Part shown: positions 9,705 through 20,632 of the stretch, one piece after another
Position numbering within the stretch: position 1 is the stretch's first letter
Layout: each line of letters begins with the position of its first letter
Source: Chitinophaga pinensis
Lineage (GTDB): Bacteria; Bacteroidota; Bacteroidia; Chitinophagales; LD1
Assembly (NCBI GenBank): GCA_945867505.1
Contig: CAMBIM010000003.1
Span: 1 to 46,305, forward strand
Length of the DNA stretch: 46,305 nucleotides
Direction of reading: 5' to 3'
The notes under the pieces: model-generated
Told to the model about the DNA's origin: nothing
What the model saw: only the letters and a program-made list of their open reading frames with translations
The model's database searches: none
Program-made: the position numbers and the translations under genes

Positions 9705-12092
9705 CTAACTCATTTTTTTGCCCGAATTCCATTTCCAATTGCGGATTTCAGGTAGGTCTTCGCCATGCATTTCAATATAGGCTTTATGGTCTAGCAACTT
9801 GTTGCGGATGTATTGTTTGATGTTTGCCCCCTTGGAACCTAAGTGTGGCAAATGGTCTATAACATCGGCAGCTAGGTGAAAGCGGTCAAGGTTGTTCATT
9901 ACTACCATGTCGAAAGGGGTGGTAGTAGTACCCAGCCCTTTGTAACCGCGCACATGTAGGTTGTGGTGGTTGGTTCTGCGATATGTGAGACGATGGATAA
10001 GCAATGGGTAGCCATGAAAGGCAAAGATGATAGGTTTGTCTTTTGTGAAAAGCGCATCGAAATCATTGTCATTGAGTCCATGCGGGTGTTCACTGGGTGG
10101 TTGAAGCGTCATCAGGTCAACCACATTGACTAAACGAATTTTAATTTCGGGCAAATGTTCGCGTAAAATCTGTACGGCAGCAATGGTTTCTAGCGTTGGG
10201 ACATCTCCCGCACAAGCCATTACCACATCAGTTTCGTCCCCTTCGTCATTACTCGCCCATTCCCAAATACCTAATCCAACAGCGCAATGTTTTATTGCTG
10301 AATCTATATTCAGCCACTGCATTTCGGGTTGTTTGCCAGCAACTATTACATTAATATAATTACGGCTACGCAAACAGTGGTCGGTTACAGAGAGGAGTGT
10401 ATTCGCATCGGGCGGAAGATAGATACGGATAATGTCGGATGTTTTGTTTGCTACCACATCTAAAAAGCCCGGGTCCTGATGGCTATTGCCATTGTGGTCT
10501 TGTCTCCATACGTGAGAGGTAAGCAAATAATTCAAGGAAGCAATCGGTTGCCTCCACGGTATTTTATTGGCTACCTGTAGCCATTTAGCGTGTTGGTTGA
10601 ACATTGAAGCGACTATATGAATGAATGCTTCATAACACGAAAACAGACCATGTCTGCCGGTCAGCAAATAGCCTTCCAGCCAACCTTCGCACAAATGTTC
10701 GCTTAGCACTTCCATTACTCTTCCATCAGCAGAAACATGTTCATCGGTTTTCAGAATTTGGGCAGTGGAAGTGCGAGTAGTAATATCAAACAAGGCAGAG
10801 AGGCGGTTGGAGGCGGTTTCATCGGGACCGAATATTCTAAAGTTTCTTTTTTCCCAATTCAGTTTCAATATATCGCGCAGAAAAATTCCCATGGTGAAGG
10901 TTGCCTGTGTTTTTATCGTGCCCGGTTCAGCCACCTCAATCGCATTTTTTCTAAAGTCTGGCATTTCTAAATCGTGTAAAAGAAGCCCGCCATTGGCGTG
11001 TGGATTATCACCCATTCGCCTTTTACCTTTCGGTGCAAGTTCGGCTATTTCAGGAATCAGTTTTCCTGCTTCATCAAAAAGCTCTTCGGGTTTATAGCTT
11101 TTCATCCATTGCTCCAAAATGGTGATGTGCTCCGGCTTTGTGACCAGTTCAGCCAGCGGCACCTGATGCGCGCGCCAGGTTCCTTCCACCTGAATACCAT
11201 CCACCATTTCGGGACATGTCCATCCTTTGGGTGTGCGGAAAACAATCATAGGCCATTGGGGTCGCTTAGTAAATCCGTTGGTGCGAGCTTCGTTTTGTAT
11301 TTGTTTAATTTCTGAAACAATAATGTCCAGCGTTTTGGCAAGCAACTGATGGACTTCTTCGGGCACATCACCTTCCACAAAGTGAGGTTTATAACCATAG
11401 CCCAGGAAGAGTTGTTCCAATTCATCTTTTGGAATTCTTGCCAGCACGGTCGGGTTCGCAATTTTGTATCCGTTCAAATGAAGGATAGGAATAACCGCAC
11501 CATCCTGCACAGGGTTTAAAAATTTATTCGAGTGCCAACTTGCGGCAAGCGCACCCGTTTCGGCTTCACCATCGCCAATTACACAAGCCACCAACAAATC
11601 GGGATTGTCAAATACTGCTCCGAAAGCATGCACCAATGAATAACCTAGTTCACCTCCCTCATGAATAGAACCGGGTGTTTCGGGAGCTACATGGCTTGGG
11701 ATTCCACGGGGGAAAGAAAACTGCTTGAAAAGTTTTTTCATGCCCTCTTCGTCTTCGCTAATATTCGGATAGAATTCACTGTAGGTTCCTTCAAGGTAAG
11801 TATTTGCTACCAAGCCAGGACCGCCATGGCCAGGACCGGTAACATAAATCATATTCAAATTGTGTTGCTTGATAATGCGATTGAGATGAACATAGAGAAA
11901 GTTGAGACCCGGTGTAGTGCCCCAATGACCTAACAAACGCGGCTTAATGTGTTCAAGTGTCAGTGGCTTTTTCAGCAGAGGATTATCATACAAGTAAATC
12001 TGCCCGACCGACAAATAATTAGCCGCACGCCAATAGGCATTCATCTTTTGAAGTAATTCTGGAGATAAAGAATTAATGTTTTCTGCTTCCAT
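9705..12092 (-). CDS. xfp: xylulose-5-P/fructose-6-P phosphoketolase
   Basis: [47 protein letters not shown]. Confidence 0.97.
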   Translation of the reverse strand: MEAENINSLSPELLQKMNAYWRAANYLSVGQIYLYDNPLLKKPLTLEHIKPRLLGHWGTTPGLNFLYVHLNRIIKQHNLNMIYVTGPGHGGPGLVANTYLEGTYSEFYPNISEDEEGMKKLFKQFSFPRGIPSHVAPETPGSIHEGGELGYSLVHAFGAVFDNPDLLVACVIGDGEAETGALAASWHSNKFLNPVQDGAVIPILHLNGYKIANPTVLARIPKDELEQLFLGYGYKPHFVEGDVPEEVHQLLAKTLDIIVSEIKQIQNEARTNGFTKRPQWPMIVFRTPKGWTCPEMVDGIQVEGTWRAHQVPLAELVTKPEHITILEQWMKSYKPEELFDEAGKLIPEIAELAPKGKRRMGDNPHANGGLLLHDLEMPDFRKNAIEVAEPGTIKTQATFTMGIFLRDILKLNWEKRNFRIFGPDETASNRLSALFDITTRTSTAQILKTDEHVSADGRVMEVLSEHLCEGWLEGYLLTGRHGLFSCYEAFIHIVASMFNQHAKWLQVANKIPWRQPIASLNYLLTSHVWRQDHNGNSHQDPGFLDVVANKTSDIIRIYLPPDANTLLSVTDHCLRSRNYINVIVAGKQPEMQWLNIDSAIKHCAVGLGIWEWASNDEGDETDVVMACAGDVPTLETIAAVQILREHLPEIKIRLVNVVDLMTLQPPSEHPHGLNDNDFDALFTKDKPIIFAFHGYPLLIHRLTYRRTNHHNLHVRGYKGLGTTTTPFDMVVMNNLDRFHLAADVIDHLPHLGSKGANIKQYIRNKLLDHKAYIEMHGEDLPEIRNWKWNSGKKMS

Positions 12093-12097
12093 AGTAA

Positions 12098-13297
12098 TTA
12101 GCTTTTAACGGAGTGATTTAATAACTCACAAACTGCTATTGCAATCATCAACTCCTCGTTTGTTTTAATAATACGCACACACACTTTGCTTGTATCGGTA
12201 GATATAATTGCTTCATTTTTTTCGTTTCTTGGTTCATCCAATTCAATTCCTAAAAATTGAAGTCCATCGCATATTCGTTTGCGTACTTCAGGGGAATGCT
12301 CGCCAATTCCTGCTGAAAATATAAGGGTGTCTAAGCCACCGAGCACTGCGGCATAAGCGCCAATCCATTTTTTTGTTTGGTAGCAAAATAATTCCACAGC
12401 TTCAGCTGCACGGTGGTCAGTGCCTTCCTGTTCCAACAACTCCCGCATGTCTGCATTTGTTTCTGATATACCCAGCAGACCAGATTCGTGATTGATGAGA
12501 TGATTAAACTGTTTAGCATTCATCTTTTCGCTCTCTATTAAATACAATCCAACACCGGGGTCAAGGTCACCGGTACGCGTTCCCATCACTAAACCTGATG
12601 TAGGCGTAAAGCCCATGCTGGTATCCATGCTCTTCCCTTCTTTTACCGCGGCAAGACTTGCTCCATTGCCAAGGTGCGCTAGTATTATTTTGCCTTGTGC
12701 AGTTTCATTACCTGCTACACGTTTAAGTTCTTGCATCAGATAAGCATAAGACAAACCATGAAAGCCGTAGCGCTGAATGCCCTTATCACTGAATCTTCGC
12801 GGAATGGCTAATTGTTTTGCAACGGATGGCATGGAAGCATGAAAAGAAGTATCGAAACAAGCTATTTGCGTTAAATCAGGATATTGTTTTTGGAAAATTT
12901 CTATGAGCATTATTGCTAGAGGTAAATGTACCGGGTCATATACACTAATTTGTTTTAATTCAGCCAGTAGTGTAGCAGTAATCGGTTCTGGGTTGGTATG
13001 TTTCATTCCATGAACTATTCGATGCCCTATCGCTTCAATGGAAACAAACTCTTGTTGCTTTTCAAGCCATTTTATAAGAAGGTTTGCCGCTTCACTATAA
13101 TCAGCAGTGGGTAGGGGGATGCTGTTTTGCTGAGCGGTCATTGAGTTTGTAAAACGAAGTTGTGCGTTTTTAGAACCCATGCCTTCTATCTCTCCATGAA
13201 ACAATTGTAGAGGAGGTTCTTCTTTGTTGAATAAAGCAAACTTAATGCTGGAGGAACCGCCATTGATGGTGAGCACAGAATTTCTATTTGCTTTCAT
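12098..13297 (-). CDS. ackA: acetate kinase
   Basis: [46 protein letters not shown]. Confidence 0.96.
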   Translation of the reverse strand: MKANRNSVLTINGGSSSIKFALFNKEEPPLQLFHGEIEGMGSKNAQLRFTNSMTAQQNSIPLPTADYSEAANLLIKWLEKQQEFVSIEAIGHRIVHGMKHTNPEPITATLLAELKQISVYDPVHLPLAIMLIEIFQKQYPDLTQIACFDTSFHASMPSVAKQLAIPRRFSDKGIQRYGFHGLSYAYLMQELKRVAGNETAQGKIILAHLGNGASLAAVKEGKSMDTSMGFTPTSGLVMGTRTGDLDPGVGLYLIESEKMNAKQFNHLINHESGLLGISETNADMRELLEQEGTDHRAAEAVELFCYQTKKWIGAYAAVLGGLDTLIFSAGIGEHSPEVRKRICDGLQFLGIELDEPRNEKNEAIISTDTSKVCVRIIKTNEELMIAIAVCELLNHSVKS

Positions 13298-13356
13298 AAT
13301 TGTTTCTTTGAGCTTCTGAATTAGTACTGGTGTAAAGCAAAATCGAGTAACCCCAA

Positions 13357-13896
13357 TTAAAGATTTTTTAAAATGAAATCTACCCGCTCGTGGGGCAGAA
13401 GTAACGGAACATGTATTATAGGAAAGGGCAATGATTTATAAACGTTAGTAATGATGGCATGTATTTTTTTTTGCGCTGTCTCATCTTCTCTTCGTGCATA
13501 ATCCTGCACTAACGGGAGGCAGTCAAGAATAAATACTTTTTTGTAGGCTATCGAGTGCATGGCTTCTGCAAGCTTAGGGTCTACGATAATGTTCAGATAG
13601 CGGTAGTATGCGAGTGCATCGGGAATGGCTCGGTCCAGAAAAACAATATCATCTGGCGAAAGTTGCTTCTCCAGTTCAATCTGCATTTCAAGAATTTTCA
13701 ATTGAAAATCTTCCTGATTTTTTCTTACTTCTTATACTGTTTTGCCATTCAAGCGTTGCATATCAAAGTAATGGCGTGCGTTCTCAATTGTAGTTTTGTA
13801 TCCTCTTGCTCGCAGTAAATTAACCATCGTAGTTTTTCCAGAACCCGGACCACCTGTTATAACATACCAATTAGTTGATTTTTTTGTATCCTGCAT
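13357..13896 (-). pseudogene. AAA_28 / NadR-like P-loop ATPase with an in-frame TAA at codon 55
   Basis: ATG at 13896 gives MQDTKKSTNWYVITGGPGSGKTT..GKTV*EVRKNQ..FLDRAIPDALAY. The stop is at 13732-13734 and both halves share one frame. Confidence 0.85.
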
Positions 13897-13910
13897 TTTA
13901 CCGTTATTCG

Positions 13911-14028
13911 CAAAGATGGCAAGAAATAATAGCTATGTAAATGATATTCGAAAATCTTGGTTGTGACAAAACTCACCTCCTGTTTTGACTTGCATCACCT
14001 TATGCAGATGCCATTCCCTCCATCTTTG
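13911..14028. promoter_or_regulatory. divergent promoters sharing phased Crp/Fnr-type boxes
   Basis: Minus-strand -7 CATCTTTG (13911-13918); degenerate box TGATATTCGAAA (13942); TGACAAAACTCA (13964-13975); TGACTTGCATCA (13986-13997); plus-strand -7 CATCTTTG (14021-14028). Confidence 0.72.
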
Positions 14029-14058
14029 TAACATTAATAACGATTAAAAACAAACAAA

Positions 14059-14436
14059 ATGAAAGCAAGTATCAATTCTTTACACCATCAGGAAAACGAC
14101 TGGTTACGTGAACTCGAATTTTACAAACAGGAACTTATTGTCCTTACTGACCGGCTTGAAGAAGTAGCAGCAAAAAATACTTCAAACGAAACCATGGCAC
14201 AGGTAGAGCATTTTCAAAACCGATTTATACTTTTGAAGGAGCAGCACGATATTCTTCGCCACGACAATGCAGCCCGTTCTGCAAGATTAAATGAAATGGC
14301 AAAAGCAATTCCAACACATATTGAAGAAAAGTTTGTGGCAGACAATGATGATATGCATAAACGTATGGTCGACTTCTTTTCTTCATTCCGCGATACGCGT
14401 TTTGAATTCTATAAATTCCTTTCAAAAGTTCTATAA
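14059..14436 (+). CDS. hypothetical helical/coiled-coil protein
   Basis: 125 aa, all-helical pattern (LHHQENDWLRELEFYKQEL..VEHFQNRF), His-rich, preceded by an A-rich leader. Confidence 0.8.
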   Translation: MKASINSLHHQENDWLRELEFYKQELIVLTDRLEEVAAKNTSNETMAQVEHFQNRFILLKEQHDILRHDNAARSARLNEMAKAIPTHIEEKFVADNDDMHKRMVDFFSSFRDTRFEFYKFLSKVL

Positions 14437-14479
14437 GCCCTTTTTAGCGGTCGGTTGAACCTTTTGAAAATATAAATCC

Positions 14480-16153
14480 ATGCTTTTTAATTTAAACTTT
14501 AAAGTTTTAAGGCGATACCGGCAAATTATTGGGATATTGATTAAATACGGTTTTCAGGATATCCTTTCTGATGCTGGTATGTCGTTGAGAGCGAGAGTGG
14601 TGGAGACTTTTCTTCCGAAAGATTTGGTGGAAAAAATTCACAGCCATTCTAAATCGGAAAGAATGCGCATGGCGGTGGAGGAATTGGGCACTACCTATAT
14701 TAAACTGGCGCAAATACTCAGCAACCGACCCGATGTTATTCCTTTAGAGTTGGTTGCTGAGTTTGAAAAACTGCAAACACATGTTCCTCCGTTTCCGGGT
14801 GAGGAGGCGCGAAAAATTATTGAGCAGGAATTAGGAAAAAGCATTGACGATGTTTTCATGAAGTTTGAGGACACTCCATTTGCCAGTGCATCTATTGCGC
14901 AAGTGCACAAAGCCAAATTGAAAGATGGTACGCAAGTAGTTTTGAAAGTGCGCAGGCCGGGCATAACCGAAAAGATAGAGCTAGACATTGTCATCATGAA
15001 TTATTTCGCGGGCAAAATGGAGGAGCGTGGCTATTTAGTCAATCTTGACCCTGTGGGTATGGTTCGCGCGTTTGATGTTTCGATACATAAGGAACTCGAC
15101 CTTACTCATGAGGGATATAACCTTCAACGCTTTGCGGGTAATTTTGAAAACAGCGAATTGGTTTTTGTTCCTAAATACTATCCGCAACTCACTACTAAGA
15201 AACTTCTCACTATGGAGTTTGTGCAGGGCGTACACCCATACGACACCGAAGGTTTGCAACGCATTGGCGCAAACAGTCATGAGCTTGCCAAGAACGGTAT
15301 GTTCGCTTTGTTTCAGCAGATATTTGAATTTGGCTTTTTCCATGCTGACCCGCATCCGGGAAATCTTTTTGCCATGCCTGATAACAAAGTTTGCTTCATT
15401 GATTTCGGTATGATGGGCACTGTGCTGAAAGCTGATGTAGAGTTTTTTGCGGATATAGTTTATGGAGTGACTACAAAAGATTCTAAAACACTTATCTGGG
15501 GTTTGAAAAATATTGCGGTGAGTCAGCAGTTTGAAGGCAACAAGACTTTTGAGTACGAAGTAGAAGACCTCATTAACGATTATCATGCTTTGCCGGCTGA
15601 TAAAATGAATATGTCTGACCTCTTTAATCGTTTACTTGAATTGGTTAATCGGTACACTATCAAAATGCCTCCAGATTATTTTCTGCTATCTAAAGCTATG
15701 ATAACGATTGAAGGAGTAGGGCACCGGTTAGACCCCAACCTGAATATCATTGAGGAGTTAACCCCACACATCAATAAAACTTTAGCCGATGAGTTTGGCT
15801 TAATGGCCATTCTGAAACGCTTTTTGGGTTCTGCGCGTGATTCCCTTTCGCTGATCGAAAATTTTCCGCGCGACATACGCGATATTATCGGCAAGATAAA
15901 AAGAGGAGAACTCAAAGTATCTATCGAGCATGAAGGTTTGGAAGACATTACACACAAAATTGATTTGGCAAGCAATCGAATTGCAGGTGGATTTCTTATC
16001 GGCTCTATCTTAATGGCTTCGGCTATTCTGATTGCTGTAAAATTTCCACCACTGTATCAGCACGTTTCTATTTTCGGAGGAATTGGTTTTGTATTGGCTA
16101 ACATTCTTGGAATAAGAATGCTGTTTACAATTTTTAGAAGCAAGAAATATTAA
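14480..16153 (+). CDS. AarF/UbiB/ABC1 family atypical kinase
   Basis: LGTTYIKLAQ, ASASIAQVH, VLKVRRP, FFHADPHPGN, IDFGMMG, C-terminal TM pair. Confidence 0.93.
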   Translation: MLFNLNFKVLRRYRQIIGILIKYGFQDILSDAGMSLRARVVETFLPKDLVEKIHSHSKSERMRMAVEELGTTYIKLAQILSNRPDVIPLELVAEFEKLQTHVPPFPGEEARKIIEQELGKSIDDVFMKFEDTPFASASIAQVHKAKLKDGTQVVLKVRRPGITEKIELDIVIMNYFAGKMEERGYLVNLDPVGMVRAFDVSIHKELDLTHEGYNLQRFAGNFENSELVFVPKYYPQLTTKKLLTMEFVQGVHPYDTEGLQRIGANSHELAKNGMFALFQQIFEFGFFHADPHPGNLFAMPDNKVCFIDFGMMGTVLKADVEFFADIVYGVTTKDSKTLIWGLKNIAVSQQFEGNKTFEYEVEDLINDYHALPADKMNMSDLFNRLLELVNRYTIKMPPDYFLLSKAMITIEGVGHRLDPNLNIIEELTPHINKTLADEFGLMAILKRFLGSARDSLSLIENFPRDIRDIIGKIKRGELKVSIEHEGLEDITHKIDLASNRIAGGFLIGSILMASAILIAVKFPPLYQHVSIFGGIGFVLANILGIRMLFTIFRSKKY

Positions 16154-16180
16154 ATTCGATAATAACCTGACAGTTAGAGT

Positions 16181-17008
16181 TTACTCCAACGTTTTAAATG
16201 CCTTTGGCAGATAGCTGATTATATCAGCAGCCGTCATAGCTGTTTCGCCTAAATCTATTTTGGCTAAATCTCCGGCAAGTCCGTGTATGTATACACCCAG
16301 CACCGCAGCATCGGCTGAAGAATAGCCTTGTGCAAGAAGCGAAGTAGTAATACCTGTTAGCACATCACCGCTCCCACCTTTTGCCATACCGGGGTTACCG
16401 GTGTTGTTGATGTAAGTTTTGCCATCTGGAGAAACTACGGTTGTATTTGCACCTTTCAGCACCGTTACAAGTTTACGTTTTACCGAAAGCTCTGTGAGCT
16501 TTTCCATCTTTTCATTTTCGTTATTCCAATCACCAACCAGTCTTTTAAACTCGCCTACATGCGGAGTAAGCACCGAATTTTCCGGAATAATTTCAATCAG
16601 CTTTTCATCAACTGAAATAATATTCAGAGCATCGGCATCTAATACTATAGGCTGACGAAACTGTTGCAATAAGTTTTTTAGAAATTCAACCGTGTTATCC
16701 GAAGTTCCTATTCCGGGGCCAACAGCGATGGTAGTAAAGGCAGTTAAATCAGGCACCTTGTGCAATTCATTTTCTCCGCTAACAATTACCATTGCTTCGG
16801 GATTACGGATTTGCATGATATCATAACCACATTTTGGAATGAGCGCAGTTACTAAACCTGCACCACTATGTAAGGCTGATTTTACAGAGAGAACAGCCGC
16901 GCCCATTTTGCCGTAACTACCTGCAGCAATTAATAAATGGCCATAACTTCCTTTATGCGAAAACTTATCGCGTTTTTTAAATTGGGGAAGGGTAAGGTTT
17001 GCGGCCAT
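16181..17008 (-). CDS. nnrD: ADP-dependent NAD(P)H-hydrate dehydratase (stand-alone)
   Basis: SHKGSYG, GAGLV, GPGIG, DADALN, TPHVGEF, GGSGDVL, HGLAGD. Confidence 0.92.
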   Translation of the reverse strand: MAANLTLPQFKKRDKFSHKGSYGHLLIAAGSYGKMGAAVLSVKSALHSGAGLVTALIPKCGYDIMQIRNPEAMVIVSGENELHKVPDLTAFTTIAVGPGIGTSDNTVEFLKNLLQQFRQPIVLDADALNIISVDEKLIEIIPENSVLTPHVGEFKRLVGDWNNENEKMEKLTELSVKRKLVTVLKGANTTVVSPDGKTYINNTGNPGMAKGGSGDVLTGITTSLLAQGYSSADAAVLGVYIHGLAGDLAKIDLGETAMTAADIISYLPKAFKTLE

Positions 17009-17014
17009 TAAAAG

Positions 17015-18076
17015 TTAATTGAGCAAATTCTTCAGCTTGCTTTCATCCAGCACAGAAATCTTTCCCTCTTTAATTTCAATCAGCTTTTCGTTCTTAAAAT
17101 CGCTAAGGGTGCGGATTAAACTTTCGGTGGCTGTGCCTACTACCTGTGCTAAATCTTCGCGCGGTATTTCCAGCTTAGGTTTATCGCCCGGAGCTTTTTT
17201 AAATTTATCATACACCTGCAACAAACCAACGGCTACGCGTTTGCGCAGCGAGTTGTAAGCAAGATTCAGCAAGGCTTCTTCGCGCTCGGCTAAGTTGTGT
17301 GAAAGCAATTTGATGAAACTCTTTGCCACCTGTGCATCAATATTCAGCAGTGCATAAAAATCAGATTTTGGAATTAGCATTACTTCACTGTCTTCCATTG
17401 CTTCGGCATTATCGGCATAGGCAGTTTCTTCCAGCAACGCGGTGTAGCCCATAAAGTCGCCATCGGTATGTATGGCGGTAATCAACTCCTTACCATCATC
17501 GTTCATGCGGAACGACTTTACTTTTCCTTTTACCACAAAATATAAATACGATGGACGGTGACCATGCGTATAAATCATCTGTTTCTTTTTGTAGCTCTGC
17601 ACTTCGCGGTCGCCTTTGGTTAAATCTACTTTGCCATTTGCGCGGGCTTGGTTTAAAAAGTCATTTACCCCCTCTGCACTTGCCGCAAACTCTGTTTTTA
17701 GTAAATCATTTTTCTTTAAGCGGACTTCTACTGCATTCAATAATTCAATATCATCAAACGGTTTGGTAATGTAGTCATCGGCACCCATTTCCATTCCCTT
17801 TCTAAAATCTGTTCTATCTGCTTTTGCCGTAAGGAAGATAAACGGAATGGCACTGGTCTTTGGGTTTTTACTAAGCATGTGCAACACTCCGTAGCCATCT
17901 AACTCAGGCATCATAATATCGCAGATGATTAAATCCGGATTTTCCTTCTGCACCAGGTCAACTCCCTTTTTACCGTTAGGGGCAGCAAAAACCGTGTAGT
18001 TAGCCAGTTCAAGAATTTCTTCAATGTTTTCGCGTACTGCTTTGTTGTCTTCTATCAATACAATTTTCTTGCTCAT
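17015..18076 (-). CDS. response regulator fused to Crp/Fnr cNMP-binding and HTH domains
   Basis: Receiver domain (IED, CDIMMP, FLTAK, KPF), a Crp beta-roll, and HTH REDLAQVVGTATESLIRTLSDFK. Confidence 0.93.
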   Translation of the reverse strand: MSKKIVLIEDNKAVRENIEEILELANYTVFAAPNGKKGVDLVQKENPDLIICDIMMPELDGYGVLHMLSKNPKTSAIPFIFLTAKADRTDFRKGMEMGADDYITKPFDDIELLNAVEVRLKKNDLLKTEFAASAEGVNDFLNQARANGKVDLTKGDREVQSYKKKQMIYTHGHRPSYLYFVVKGKVKSFRMNDDGKELITAIHTDGDFMGYTALLEETAYADNAEAMEDSEVMLIPKSDFYALLNIDAQVAKSFIKLLSHNLAEREEALLNLAYNSLRKRVAVGLLQVYDKFKKAPGDKPKLEIPREDLAQVVGTATESLIRTLSDFKNEKLIEIKEGKISVLDESKLKNLLN

Positions 18077-18081
18077 CTGGG

Positions 18082-19359
18082 TTACTGATTAGGTATGGTT
18101 ATAGTAAATATAGTTCCGTTATTTTCTTCGCTTTGCAATTCAATTTTGCCGTTAAGCAGTTCAATGTATTTAGAAACAATGTGTAAGCCAAGCCCTGTAC
18201 CCTGAATGTTTGCTGCATTGCGGGCGCGGAAAAAACGTTCGAACAAATGTTCCTGATCTTCTTTCGAAATTCCTATGCCGCTGTCTTTTACAGAAAGCAC
18301 CACTTGCCCGGTGGTGTTTGTACACGAAATTTCAATCACCCCATCGTCAGGCGAAAACTTAATGGCATTTGAAATCAGATTCAGCATGATGTTTTTCATC
18401 AATCGCTTATCGGTATAAAAATCGTCTATACCGGTATGCGCAAACTCCAACTGCTGACCGGGCTTTAGAATTTCCTTTACATCGCTCATAAAGTCCTCCA
18501 TAAACTCCCTGCATTGTACCACATCTTTTTTGGCTTCTACCAAACCCTCTTCCAGTTTGCCCAGCGATAATAAATCTTCTAACATCGAGTTAAGGTGCTG
18601 CACCCCTTCTTTAATACGCGCTACGTGCTTATCGCGCTTTTCCTGCTCTTCGGTTTTGGTGTATTTGCCTAATAGCGCTGCCGATGAAAGCACAGCCGCC
18701 AAAGGTGTGCGGAACTCATGCGATACGGTAGATACAAAGCGCGATTTTAAATCGCTCAATTCTTTTTCTCTTTCCAGCGCGCGTTCTAAATCATCTTTTG
18801 AGTTTTCCAGTTGCGCCAGTGTTTCGCGGAGCATGATGGTACGATCCTGCACCTTCTGTTCCAGTTCGCTGTTCAGCTTTTTTATTTCAGAAGTTACCCG
18901 CTCTAAGTCCGCTTGTTGCTGACGCTGAATTTCTTCATGTTGCTTACGTACGGTTATATCAATAACAAAAGCAATTACAAAGGTTTCGTCATTCAAAATG
19001 TAATGACTCAAACTTACTTCTACCGGAAAAACGCTGCCGTTTTTTCGCTTGGCATGCAAATCGCGTCCGGCACCCATATTGCGGTTAATGGGGTTGGCAT
19101 GAAACGAATGGCGGTGATGCACATGCTCTTCTCTTATATCCTGCGGTAGTAGTATTTCTATGGGTTGGCCAACCATTTCATCTTTAGTAAAGCCAAACAT
19201 CTTCTCGGCACAGGGGTTTACCAAAACTATTTGCCCCCCCCGGTTAGCTAACACAATGCCCTCGGTGGCGTTCTCAAACAGAGAAGCCATCATTACATTA
19301 TTATTTATTTCGGGTAGCACTTTTTGGGTGAACATACATGCTGCTGGCTTATCAAACAA
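18082..19359 (-). CDS. cytoplasmic PAS-domain sensor histidine kinase (FixL-like); true start may be a downstream ATG
   Basis: PAS domain with LLPQDIREEH..MGAGRDL..RKNGSVFPVEVSLS, H-box SHEFRTPL, and N/G1/F/G2 boxes; no TM segments. Confidence 0.93.
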   Translation of the reverse strand: MFDKPAACMFTQKVLPEINNNVMMASLFENATEGIVLANRGGQIVLVNPCAEKMFGFTKDEMVGQPIEILLPQDIREEHVHHRHSFHANPINRNMGAGRDLHAKRKNGSVFPVEVSLSHYILNDETFVIAFVIDITVRKQHEEIQRQQQADLERVTSEIKKLNSELEQKVQDRTIMLRETLAQLENSKDDLERALEREKELSDLKSRFVSTVSHEFRTPLAAVLSSAALLGKYTKTEEQEKRDKHVARIKEGVQHLNSMLEDLLSLGKLEEGLVEAKKDVVQCREFMEDFMSDVKEILKPGQQLEFAHTGIDDFYTDKRLMKNIMLNLISNAIKFSPDDGVIEISCTNTTGQVVLSVKDSGIGISKEDQEHLFERFFRARNAANIQGTGLGLHIVSKYIELLNGKIELQSEENNGTIFTITIPNQ

Positions 19360-19391
19360 CTTTATAGTTGCTTAAATGATTTTTGCAAATA

Positions 19392-19435
19392 CAAACGTAT
19401 GGTGAAAGTGTTATGGCAACAGATGATTGTTGTCA
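19392..19435 (-). promoter_or_regulatory. promoter with one Crp/Fnr-type box upstream of the kinase-regulator operon
   Basis: Perfect -7 TACGTTTG on the minus strand (19392-19399) and TGATTGTTGTCA (19424-19435). Confidence 0.7.
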
Positions 19436-19462
19436 TGTAAAATTAAGCCGGTAAGCCGGGTA

Positions 19463-20560
19463 TCAGCTTTGTTTGTGCGTAATTTTGCTGAGCCAGCTTT
19501 TTATCTTTTTTACAAACCCCGATTCTGTTTTTGCCGTTTCAATTTCACCTATTAAAAAACCGTAGGGCTTCAGCACATCAATGTGATCGCATACAATTTT
19601 TAGTATGCCGGTAAGCGGTATGGCCAAAACAATTCCGGGAATGCCCCACATAAGTTCGCCCACCACCAAGGCAATAATGGTGAACAGAGGATTAATTTTT
19701 ACCTGCGGACCAAGTATCATAGGCTCCAGCACCCAACCCTGAATTAATTGCACCGCACCGTAGGTAATTACTATGCCCCCAAGGATAGGCAGCGGTGCAC
19801 CGTTAATGGCAGTTACCAATACCGTAATTGTGGTGCCGGTGAGGTTGCCTATAAACGGAATAATTTCCAGCAGGCCGCAGAAGATGGCAAAGAAAATAGC
19901 ACTCTTAACACCCAGAATAATAAAGCCTATGCCGTACATAATCCATAAACAAAAAATCATTTTGGCCAGTCCAACCAGGTATTGCTGCGATACATGAGCG
20001 GCACTTAAAATAACCAGTTTCATTTCGGCCTGCTGCTCGGGCAACGAAAGTTTTAATATGAAATTTTTGATATGCCCGCGGTAATACAACAGCAGAAAAA
20101 CATACACCAGCATCAGAACAAAGCCTGTAAAAATATTTACCACCGAGCCCGCCATTACCTCAATTAAACCCGTTACCGATTTTTGCTGGTCCTTAATTAA
20201 CCGCGATTGCTCTGCCAATGATATGCCGAAATGATTGAAAATGTATTGCTGAACATGTCCGGCTGTTTCAAGGGTTTTTTGTTTTAGTAAAACAAAGTCG
20301 GTGGTTAAGGCTACCAGCTGCCAGCTAATTAGCGCGCCTACACCGGCTATAAACAGTATTAACAGCAACAGGCAGATAAAAGCTGCTGCCCACCGGGGCA
20401 GTTTCTTGGTTTCCATCCAATTGCTGAAGGGCAAAAACAGGGTGGCCAGTATGGTGGCTATAACCAGCGGTATCAAAAACTCCTGCGCATAATACAAACC
20501 CGCTATTACCAGAAAAAGAAAGAATAGCCTTTTTGTAACGGACACGCTATTAGTCATCAT
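19463..20560 (-). CDS. AI-2E (UPF0118) family transporter
   Basis: Multi-TM, LEIIPFIG, VLEPMILG..INPL, WGIPGIVLAIP. ATG at 20560 preferred over TTG at 20587. Confidence 0.9.
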   Translation of the reverse strand: MMTNSVSVTKRLFFLFLVIAGLYYAQEFLIPLVIATILATLFLPFSNWMETKKLPRWAAAFICLLLLILFIAGVGALISWQLVALTTDFVLLKQKTLETAGHVQQYIFNHFGISLAEQSRLIKDQQKSVTGLIEVMAGSVVNIFTGFVLMLVYVFLLLYYRGHIKNFILKLSLPEQQAEMKLVILSAAHVSQQYLVGLAKMIFCLWIMYGIGFIILGVKSAIFFAIFCGLLEIIPFIGNLTGTTITVLVTAINGAPLPILGGIVITYGAVQLIQGWVLEPMILGPQVKINPLFTIIALVVGELMWGIPGIVLAIPLTGILKIVCDHIDVLKPYGFLIGEIETAKTESGFVKKIKSWLSKITHKQS

Positions 20561-20632
20561 ATCAATGTATGTGCAGGTAAGGTTCAAACCTACCCTTTCT
20601 TTTTACTATTCTATTGCAAACTGCAGGCAAGT

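Noticed and set aside
13732-13734. Stop-codon recoding or alternative genetic code
   Set aside because: TAA terminates most genes in the window, so an isolated nonsense change or error is simpler.
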